A stretch of 64,000 bases of DNA from the NCBI RefSeq assembly GCF_003334335.1, contig NZ_QOWQ01000011.1. One strand, 5' to 3'. The stretch is from Escherichia coli (lineage in GTDB: Bacteria > Pseudomonadota > Gammaproteobacteria > Enterobacterales > Enterobacteriaceae). The translations under genes were made by a program, and so were the position numbers. Each line of letters opens with the position of its first letter. Position 1 is the first letter of the stretch. Positions 56,218 to 64,000 of this stretch are shown one piece after another. The notes below the pieces were generated by a model. It saw nothing but the letters and a program-made list of their open reading frames with translations. It was not told where the DNA came from and made no database searches.

Positions 56218-58494
56218 ATGCTCAATCAAGAACTGGAACTCAGTTTAAATATGGCTTTCGCCAGAGCGCGCGAGCACCGTCATGAGTTTATGACCGTCGA
56301 GCACTTGTTACTGGCGCTGCTCAGTAACCCATCTGCCCGGGAGGCGCTGGAAGCGTGTTCTGTGGATTTGGTTGCGCTCCGTCAGGAACTGGAAGCCTTT
56401 ATTGAACAAACCACACCCGTTCTGCCTGCCAGTGAAGAGGAGCGCGACACACAGCCGACGCTGAGTTTTCAGCGTGTACTGCAACGTGCGGTCTTCCATG
56501 TCCAGTCCTCCGGTCGCAATGAGGTTACCGGTGCAAACGTTCTGGTCGCTATCTTTAGCGAACAGGAGTCGCAGGCGGCATATCTGTTGCGTAAACATGA
56601 AGTCAGCCGTCTCGATGTGGTGAACTTTATCTCTCATGGCACGCGTAAAGACGAGCCGACACAGTCTTCTGATCCTGGCAGCCAGCCAAACAGCGAAGAA
56701 CAAGCTGGTGGGGAGGAACGTATGGAGAATTTCACGACGAACCTGAATCAGCTTGCGCGCGTGGGCGGAATCGACCCACTGATTGGTCGTGAGAAGGAGC
56801 TGGAGCGTGCTATTCAGGTTCTCTGCCGTCGCCGTAAAAACAACCCGCTGCTGGTGGGGGAATCTGGTGTCGGTAAAACCGCGATTGCGGAAGGTCTTGC
56901 CTGGCGAATTGTTCAGGGCGATGTGCCGGAAGTGATGGCTGACTGTACGATTTACTCTCTCGATATCGGTTCTCTGTTAGCGGGCACAAAATATCGCGGC
57001 GACTTTGAAAAACGTTTTAAAGCGTTGCTCAAGCAGCTGGAGCAGGACACTAACAGCATCCTGTTTATTGATGAGATCCACACCATTATCGGTGCGGGTG
57101 CAGCGTCTGGTGGTCAGGTCGATGCGGCTAACCTAATCAAACCGTTGCTCTCCAGCGGTAAAATTCGTGTAATTGGTTCGACAACCTATCAGGAGTTCAG
57201 CAACATTTTCGAGAAAGACCGTGCTCTGGCGCGTCGCTTCCAGAAAATTGATATTACTGAACCGTCGATCGAAGAAACTGTTCAAATCATCAATGGCCTG
57301 AAACCGAAGTATGAAGCGCACCACGACGTGCGTTATACCGCAAAAGCGGTGCGTGCGGCGGTAGAGCTGGCGGTGAAATACATTAACGATCGTCATCTGC
57401 CGGATAAAGCCATTGATGTTATCGACGAAGCGGGCGCTCGCGCACGCCTGATGCCGGTAAGCAAACGCAAGAAAACCGTTAATGTGGCGGATATTGAGTC
57501 CGTGGTGGCCCGTATTGCACGCATTCCAGAGAAGAGTGTTTCTCAGAGTGATCGTGATACCCTGAAAAACCTCGGCGATCGCTTGAAAATGCTGGTCTTC
57601 GGTCAGGATAAAGCCATTGAGGCGCTGACTGAAGCCATTAAGATGGCGCGTGCAGGTTTAGGTCACGAACATAAACCGGTTGGTTCGTTCCTGTTTGCCG
57701 GCCCTACCGGGGTCGGGAAAACAGAGGTGACGGTACAGCTTTCGAAAGCTTTGGGCATTGAGCTTCTGCGCTTTGATATGTCCGAGTATATGGAACGCCA
57801 TACCGTCAGCCGTCTTATTGGTGCGCCTCCGGGATACGTTGGTTTTGATCAGGGCGGTTTGCTGACTGATGCGGTCATCAAGCATCCACATGCGGTGCTG
57901 CTGCTGGACGAAATCGAGAAAGCGCACCCGGACGTGTTCAATATTCTGTTGCAGGTGATGGATAACGGTACGCTGACCGATAACAACGGACGCAAAGCAG
58001 ACTTCCGTAACGTGGTGCTGGTGATGACCACCAACGCCGGGGTACGGGAAACTGAGCGCAAATCCATTGGTCTTATCCACCAGGATAACAGCACCGATGC
58101 GATGGAAGAGATCAAGAAGATCTTTACACCGGAATTCCGTAACCGTCTCGACAACATTATCTGGTTTGATCATCTGTCAACCGACGTGATCCATCAGGTG
58201 GTGGATAAATTCATCGTCGAGTTGCAGGTTCAGCTGGATCAGAAAGGTGTTTCTCTGGAAGTGAGCCAGGAAGCGCGTAACTGGCTGGCCGAGAAAGGTT
58301 ACGACCGGGCAATGGGCGCTCGTCCGATGGCGCGTGTCATCCAGGACAACCTGAAAAAACCGCTCGCCAACGAACTGCTGTTTGGTTCGCTGGTGGACGG
58401 CGGTCAGGTCACCGTCGCGCTGGATAAAGAGAAAAATGAGCTGACTTACGGATTCCAGAGTGCACAAAAGCACAAGGCGGAAGCAGCGCATTAA
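56218..58494 (+). CDS. clpA: ATP-dependent Clp protease ATPase / chaperone ClpA
   Basis: 758-aa product from ATG 56218 ([24 protein letters not shown]...); two AAA+ modules ([16 protein letters not shown]). Confidence 0.95.
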   Translation: MLNQELELSLNMAFARAREHRHEFMTVEHLLLALLSNPSAREALEACSVDLVALRQELEAFIEQTTPVLPASEEERDTQPTLSFQRVLQRAVFHVQSSGRNEVTGANVLVAIFSEQESQAAYLLRKHEVSRLDVVNFISHGTRKDEPTQSSDPGSQPNSEEQAGGEERMENFTTNLNQLARVGGIDPLIGREKELERAIQVLCRRRKNNPLLVGESGVGKTAIAEGLAWRIVQGDVPEVMADCTIYSLDIGSLLAGTKYRGDFEKRFKALLKQLEQDTNSILFIDEIHTIIGAGAASGGQVDAANLIKPLLSSGKIRVIGSTTYQEFSNIFEKDRALARRFQKIDITEPSIEETVQIINGLKPKYEAHHDVRYTAKAVRAAVELAVKYINDRHLPDKAIDVIDEAGARARLMPVSKRKKTVNVADIESVVARIARIPEKSVSQSDRDTLKNLGDRLKMLVFGQDKAIEALTEAIKMARAGLGHEHKPVGSFLFAGPTGVGKTEVTVQLSKALGIELLRFDMSEYMERHTVSRLIGAPPGYVGFDQGGLLTDAVIKHPHAVLLLDEIEKAHPDVFNILLQVMDNGTLTDNNGRKADFRNVVLVMTTNAGVRETERKSIGLIHQDNSTDAMEEIKKIFTPEFRNRLDNIIWFDHLSTDVIHQVVDKFIVELQVQLDQKGVSLEVSQEARNWLAEKGYDRAMGARPMARVIQDNLKKPLANELLFGSLVDGGQVTVALDKEKNELTYGFQSAQKHKAEAAH

Positions 58495-58518
58495 TCTGAT
58501 TGTTAGGTAGGTTGGTCA

Positions 58519-58555
58519 AGTCCGTAATCTCGAAAGAGGTTACGGACTTTTTGTT
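58519..58555 (+). terminator. Rho-independent terminator of clpA
   Basis: Stem agtccgtaa / ttacggact followed by tttttgttt. Confidence 0.65.
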
Positions 58556-58706
58556 TATGGGGTGGAGGAGGTTCAGACCCTTTTTTTAATGATGATGGTA
58601 AGTTGTTGATAATTAGTGCTGCGGGAAGGTAAGGATAAAAAAGGGTGCTGCAGGAGAATGGGATGGTTTTGCTTTATTAACAACGGGCTAAACGTGTAGT
58701 ATTTGA

Positions 58707-58794
58707 GTTCACTGCCGTACAGGCAGCTTAGAAATTCACAGGTAACATACTCCACCCGCCCACCATGTTCACTGCCGTACAGACAGATAAAATG
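58707..58794 (+). CRISPR. Minimal orphan CRISPR array (type I-F repeat family): two repeats, one 32-bp spacer
   Basis: Repeat 1 gttcactgccgtacaggcagcttagaaa (58707..58734) with the internal palindrome ctgcc-gtaca-ggcag; spacer ttcacaggtaacatactccacccgcccaccat (58735..58766); repeat 2 gttcactgccgtacagacagataaaatg (58767..58794), identical for 16 nt then degenerate. No cas genes in the window. Confidence 0.75.
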
Positions 58795-58795
58795 C

Positions 58796-58830
58796 GAAAA
58801 AAAAGCTCGCACTTTCGTACGAGCTCTTCT
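58796..58830 (-). terminator. Putative terminator downstream of serW
   Basis: Imperfect hairpin agctcgcac / gtacgagct followed on the minus strand by a U-run (plus aaaaaaaa at 58796..58803). Confidence 0.5.
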
Positions 58831-58836
58831 TTAAAT

Positions 58837-58924
58837 ATGGCGGTGAGGGGGGGATTCGAACCCCCGATACGTTGCCGTATACACACTTTCCAGGCGTGCT
58901 CCTTCAGCCACTCGGACACCTCAC
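58837..58924 (-). tRNA. serW: tRNA-Ser (anticodon GGA)
   Basis: The minus strand reads GGTGAGGTGTCCGAGTGGCTGAAGGAGCACGCCTGGAAAGTGTGTATACGGCAACGTATCGGGGGTTCGAATCCCCCCCTCACCGCCA: 88 nt with long variable arm, GGA anticodon in the CTGGAAA loop, TPsiC-loop GGTTCGAATCC and 3' CCA. Confidence 0.9.
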
Positions 58925-59110
58925 CAAATTGTTTTGCTACCAAACCTCATGGGTGGCAACGGGGCGCTACTATAGGGAGTTGGAGTAAAACGGTCAAGAA
59001 GAATTTTAATGATAATTATTGTTTGCTCATACTGTAAACAAGTTGTGCAGTATATCTACATCGAGACAAGTTACGGACTTATACTTCCAAAGTACTTCAT
59101 ACATATCACA

Positions 59111-59140
59111 AAATAAAAAGGCCGGTTAAACCGACCTTTT
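59111..59140 (-). terminator. Rho-independent terminator of infA
   Basis: Minus strand aaaggtcggtttaaccggccttt hairpin (one G.U) followed by ttatttt. Confidence 0.55.
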
Positions 59141-59178
59141 ACTCGTTCTTTCTCTTCGCCCATCAGGCGGTAAAACAA

Positions 59179-59400
<222 letters not shown>

Positions 59401-59681
59401 ATCCTCTGGGGTATCACTACCGTAATTTGAACCGGCAAGATAATGCCGAAGTTCTGTAAATAAGTAAAGATTTGCGCGCTAAATCGCAACAAACAGGTTC
59501 GGCACATTACTCCGAAAACACACGGCTAAGCCGCACCAAAAGCGCAACGTATAAGGGAGCGGTGAGATAAACGATGGGCGTTACCTGACGCGAAAAATTC
59601 CTTATCGGCAGCGGGGTAATGAGCGTAACCAACTCTGCGACCGCAATTATAACACTCTGGGGAGAAATGTGCCGAAAACAT

Positions 59682-60386
59682 TCATTCTTGTGGTGAAAAC
59701 AAGCATCGTGGTACCCAGAAATTATTCGGCAATCGTCCGAGGCGCATTTGATTGAGATAATTAAGGTAATCCCGGCGGGGAATTTCGCAGGCACCAAGCG
59801 ATGCTGTGTGATCGTTAAGGACCTGGCAGTCGATAAGCTTACCGCCATGACCGATAAATTCCTCACAGAATACCAGAAGCGCCGTTTTAGACGCATTTTC
59901 CATCCGGCTGAACATGGACTCGCCACAAAATAGCGTTCCCTGGGCCACGCCGTACATACCGCCGACAAGCTCATCTTCACGCCAGACTTCAATGGAGTGG
60001 GCATGGCCGAGTTCGTGAAGGCGATGGTAGGCTTCGACCACGCCACGCGTGATCCAGGTTCCTTCTTCGCGATCGCTGGCACAGCCTTCAATGACCTGAC
60101 CAAAAGCGTAATTCATCGTGACACGATAGGGCGAGCGTTTATGAAATCGCTTCATACTACGGCTGATATGCAGTGATTCTGGCCATAGCACCGCGCGGGG
60201 ATCGGGCGACCACCAGAGGATGGGGTCGCCTGGAGAAAACCACGGAAAAATACCACGCTGGTAAGCCATTAACAGGCGCGCAGGGCTAAGATCGCCCCCA
60301 AGTGCCAGCAGGCCGTTAGGCTCACGTAATGCGCCTTCCGGGGAAGGGAAGGCTATTGAATGGCGAGAAAGCTGAACCAGGCGCAT
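59682..60386 (-). CDS. aat: Leucyl/phenylalanyl-tRNA-protein transferase
   Basis: 234-aa ORF ([33 protein letters not shown]...). Confidence 0.93.
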
Positions 60387-60427
60387 GACCGCAAAACTCC
60401 ACGCAAGTCGGATCGTTCAATAATAGC

Positions 60428-62149
60428 TTACAAACCCTGCTTGAACTGGTAATAACGCCCCTGTCTGGCAAGCAGTTCTGCGTGAGTACCTTGCTCAATA
60501 ATTTGCCCGTTGTCCATCACTATTATTTGTTGGAAACGAGAGAGTCCGCGAAGTCGATGGGTGACCATTAACACCGTTTTCTCACGCATCATTTCTGCAA
60601 GCAATTCAAGGATCTGGCTTTCGGTTGTGGCATCTAAGCCTTCGGTAGGTTCATCCAGCAACACCAGTGGCGCATCATGTAACAGCGCACGGGCGATAGC
60701 CAGACGGCGCAGTTCACCACCGGAGAGCTGGCGTCCGCCTTCACCTAACCAACTGTTGAGACCTGCATCCTCGAGCAGCTTTTCCAGGCCAACGCGACGC
60801 AAGATCTCCGACAGAGCCTCATCACTACTGCCAGGCGAGGCGAGTAAAAGATTATCACGCAGCGTGGCGCTAAACAGATGCACTCGCTGAGGAACAACGC
60901 TGATGGTCTGTCGTAGAGCCGCTTCATTCAGGCTGGCTATGGGGCTATCGTTAAGCAAAATCTCGCCCTGTTGCGGGTCCCATGCGCGGGTCAGCAGTTG
61001 TAACAGTGTTGATTTGCCGCATCCGGTTCGCCCGAGAATCGCTATATGTTCCCCGGCGTTTACCTGAAGAGAAATCCCTTTAAGTGCCTGTTGAGATTGC
61101 TCCGGATAAGTGAACTGAACATCCCGTAACGTCAGCGAAACGCGATCGGCAACACGAGTTTGGGTATCAGGAAAGGTGACCTCCGGTTTTTGATCCGTTA
61201 AGTCAGAGATACGTACGGCAGAGGCAATGACTTGCCCCAGATGCTGAAATGCACCCGTTACTGGTGCCAGTGCTTCAAACGCGGCTAACGCGCAGAAGAC
61301 AAACAGGGCAATTAACGCGCCGGGTTGAGCATTGCCGCCAACGCCGCCAGACGCCATCCACAGCATCAGGATCACCGCTAACGCGCCAATGAGCAGCATT
61401 ATCGCTTGCGACAATGCGGTCAGTTCAGATTGACGGCGTTGCGCTTCCAGCCATTGAATTTCTGTATTCTCTAGTTGCGTGCGATAACGATCGCTGGCAC
61501 CAAAAATGGTCAGCTCAGCTTGCCCTTGCAGCCAGGCCGTCAGTTGTTGGCGATACTGTCCGCGAAGATGAGTCAGATTTTGCCCGGTGCTTTTTCCCGC
61601 ACGATAAAACAGCGGTGGCATCAGGAAAAGCGTCAGTAACATAATGCCGCCCAGCGTAAAGGCGAGGGTGAAATCAAGGAAACTTAACCCGATTGTCACC
61701 ACCATAATCACCACAAAAGCGCCCACCAGCGGCGAGATAACGCGCAGGTAAAGATGATCGAGCGTATCAACATCCGCCACCACGCGATTGAGCAATTCGC
61801 CCTGACGATAGCGCGCCAGTCCGGCAGGGGAGAGGGGCAGCAATTTGCTGAAGGTGTAAATGCGCAGATGCTGCAACACGCGGAAAGTCGCGTCGTGACT
61901 TACCAGACGTTCAAAATAGCGCCCGGCAGTACGGGTGATTGCTGCGCCACGCACGCCCGCAGCGGGTAGCATATAGTTGAAGCTGTACAGTCCGGCAACC
62001 CCCGCAACCGCTGAGGCCGAGAGGAACCAGCCGGAAAGTGTCAACAGACCGATACTGGCGAGCAGCGTCACAATTGCCAGCACAATACCAAGACTTAACA
62101 TCCATTTATGACGTTTATACAGTGCCAGATAGGGTAGCAAAGCGTGCAT
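60428..62149 (-). CDS. cydC: Cysteine/glutathione ABC exporter subunit required for cytochrome bd assembly
   Basis: 573-aa ORF, N-terminal 6-TM domain plus C-terminal ABC ATPase (GRTGCGKST, LSGGELRR). Confidence 0.95.
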   Translation of the reverse strand: MHALLPYLALYKRHKWMLSLGIVLAIVTLLASIGLLTLSGWFLSASAVAGVAGLYSFNYMLPAAGVRGAAITRTAGRYFERLVSHDATFRVLQHLRIYTFSKLLPLSPAGLARYRQGELLNRVVADVDTLDHLYLRVISPLVGAFVVIMVVTIGLSFLDFTLAFTLGGIMLLTLFLMPPLFYRAGKSTGQNLTHLRGQYRQQLTAWLQGQAELTIFGASDRYRTQLENTEIQWLEAQRRQSELTALSQAIMLLIGALAVILMLWMASGGVGGNAQPGALIALFVFCALAAFEALAPVTGAFQHLGQVIASAVRISDLTDQKPEVTFPDTQTRVADRVSLTLRDVQFTYPEQSQQALKGISLQVNAGEHIAILGRTGCGKSTLLQLLTRAWDPQQGEILLNDSPIASLNEAALRQTISVVPQRVHLFSATLRDNLLLASPGSSDEALSEILRRVGLEKLLEDAGLNSWLGEGGRQLSGGELRRLAIARALLHDAPLVLLDEPTEGLDATTESQILELLAEMMREKTVLMVTHRLRGLSRFQQIIVMDNGQIIEQGTHAELLARQGRYYQFKQGL

Positions 62150-63916
62150 TTAAATCTCCTCCTGACGATGGGCCAGTAATGTGGCGAATGGGCCACCAGC
62201 CACACTTAATTCCGCGTAACGTCCTTGCTCAATAATCCGGCCATCCTGCATAACCCAAATGACATCCCAGTCAGCAAGATCTTCTAACTGGTGGGTGACC
62301 ATTAACGTTGTCTGGCGCAGAGAGGCGGCATTCAGCGCCTCCATTACGCGCTGTTCACTGTGAGCATCAAGGCTGGCAGCGGGTTCATCCAACAGTAATA
62401 GCGAACAGGGATTTAGTAACGCACGGGCCACCGCCACGCGCTGCGCCTGCCCCACGGAAAGGCGGGCAGCCTGGTCGCCAACAGGCGTATCAACGCCTTG
62501 TGGGAGGAGCGGTAGAAACTCGCTGACCCAGGCGTTATCCAGCGCTGCTTGTAATTCTTGTTCGCTGGCATCAGGTCGCGCCAGTAGTACGTTATCCCGC
62601 AATGTTGCTGCCGGTAATTGTGGGTTTTGCCCAACCCAGGAGAGATGTTTACGCCATGATTCTGGTGATAAATCGCGTAATTCTATCCCGTTGATTCGTA
62701 GCGATCCCTGATATGAGAGAAAACCAGAAAGCGCGTTCAGCAGTGAGCTTTTACCTGAACCGCTGCGACCAACCAACACCGCACGTTGGCCTGCTGGCAA
62801 AGTAAAGTTCAGCGGTCCGGCCAGCGTTTTACCTTCCGGCGACGTGATAAACAGCTCCTCGGCCTCAATGGTCACCGGATCGGTCGATGCTAATTCCGCC
62901 TCACCACGTTGCGGATGGGCGAGCGGGGTTTCCATAAACGTTTTCAGACTGTCAGCTGCGCCAACAGCCTGGGCTTTAGCATGATAAAACGTACCGAGAT
63001 CGCGTAATGGCTGGAAAAACTCTGGCGCAAGGATCAGGGCCAGAAAACCCGCAGCCAGCGTCACACCGGTATCGTAGTGACCAAAATCCAGCTCGCCGAG
63101 ATAGGAAAAACCAAAGTAGACCGCCACCAGAGCAATTGACAGCGAGGTAAAAAATTCGAGAATGCCGGAGGATAAAAACGCCAGCCGTAGCACTTCCATT
63201 GTCCGTTGGCGGAAATCTTCCGAAGCAGAACGAATACTTTCAATTTCAGCTTCACCACGACCAAAAATACGCAATGTTTCCATGCCGCGCAGGCGATCGA
63301 GGAAATGCCCACTTAAGCGAGCAAGAGCGAGAAAGTTACGTCGGTTAGCATCGGCAGCCCCCATTCCAACCAGCGCCATAAACAACGGAATTAACGGTGC
63401 AGTGCCCAGCAGAATGAGCGCCGCAGCCCAGTTAGAGGGGAAGATTGCCACCACAATCAGCAACGGCACCGACACTGCCAGCGCCATTTGCGGCAGATAG
63501 CGTGCATAGTAATCATGCATATCGTCAATTTGCTCGAGTACCAGCGTCGCCCAGCTCCCCGCAGGTTTACCCTGAATCCACGCTGGCCCTGCTTGTTGCA
63601 GACGGTCGAGAACCTGACGGCGGATGGCAAAGCGGATATGCTGCCCGGCGTGATAACCCACCCGTTCGCGTAACCAGACCACCCATGCGCGCAGTACAAA
63701 GGTCAGAACCAGTAACGTAAAGGGAAGCAGCAGGGCTTCACGGGGAATATTCTCCATAATCATATGTTGCAGAATTCGCGCCATGAACCAGGCCTGGGCA
63801 ATGATCAATATGCCGCTCACAAAGCCCAGCAGACGAGAAATATTCAGCCAACGTTGGGAGATGACGCTTTGCTGTTTTAACCAGCGGGTTAACTCTTTTT
63901 GACGAGATTTATTCAT
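62150..63916 (-). CDS. cydD: Cysteine/glutathione ABC exporter subunit required for cytochrome bd assembly
   Basis: 588-aa ORF, TM domain plus ABC ATPase (GRSGSGKSS, LSVGQAQR); its stop abuts the cydC start. Confidence 0.95.
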   Translation of the reverse strand: MNKSRQKELTRWLKQQSVISQRWLNISRLLGFVSGILIIAQAWFMARILQHMIMENIPREALLLPFTLLVLTFVLRAWVVWLRERVGYHAGQHIRFAIRRQVLDRLQQAGPAWIQGKPAGSWATLVLEQIDDMHDYYARYLPQMALAVSVPLLIVVAIFPSNWAAALILLGTAPLIPLFMALVGMGAADANRRNFLALARLSGHFLDRLRGMETLRIFGRGEAEIESIRSASEDFRQRTMEVLRLAFLSSGILEFFTSLSIALVAVYFGFSYLGELDFGHYDTGVTLAAGFLALILAPEFFQPLRDLGTFYHAKAQAVGAADSLKTFMETPLAHPQRGEAELASTDPVTIEAEELFITSPEGKTLAGPLNFTLPAGQRAVLVGRSGSGKSSLLNALSGFLSYQGSLRINGIELRDLSPESWRKHLSWVGQNPQLPAATLRDNVLLARPDASEQELQAALDNAWVSEFLPLLPQGVDTPVGDQAARLSVGQAQRVAVARALLNPCSLLLLDEPAASLDAHSEQRVMEALNAASLRQTTLMVTHQLEDLADWDVIWVMQDGRIIEQGRYAELSVAGGPFATLLAHRQEEI

Positions 63917-64000
63917 TGCACGCTTAGCAGGTGAGTTATCAGAATTATTTGCAGAGCAATGTTACAACGGGGAAAAAATAAAGGCGACCCATAGTCGCAT

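Noticed and set aside
58707-58794. Possibility of an active CRISPR-Cas system
   Set aside because: Only two repeats and one spacer are present, the second repeat is degenerate, and no cas genes occur anywhere in the 64 kb.
59507-60103. 198-aa minus-strand ORF spanning the infA-aat intergenic region and the 3' part of aat
   Set aside because: It overlaps aat in another frame and runs through the infA promoter region; aat is the recognised full-length gene, so this is an alternative-frame artefact.

Overview
This window reads as ordinary Escherichia coli K-12-type core chromosome, running from the 3' end of iaaA through gsiABCD, yliE/yliF, rimO, bssR, dacC, deoR, mdfA, rybB, nfsA, rimK, potFGHI, the art arginine-transport genes, poxB, hcr-hcp, aqpZ, ybjD, macAB, cspD, clpSA, serW, infA and aat to cydCD. 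Gene identities rest on my recognition of the translated ORFs and their lengths; gene order and spacing are colinear with what I recall of K-12. I found no inserted island, prophage, IS element or cas operon, so I do not think a large novel system is present. The one clear lesion is a single-base deletion that frameshifts gsiB (lost G between 2521 and 2522, premature TAG at 2525..2527). Other things worth a second look are a cas-less two-repeat type I-F CRISPR remnant between clpA and serW, the OLD-family ATPase/TOPRIM protein YbjD, a GC-rich palindrome-dense island between ybjE and aqpZ, and a near-consensus NtrC-type palindrome between potF and potG. CDS coordinates include the stop codon; several starts were moved inward from the ORF-track maximum to the N-terminus I recognise. 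Nothing here was checked by database search.
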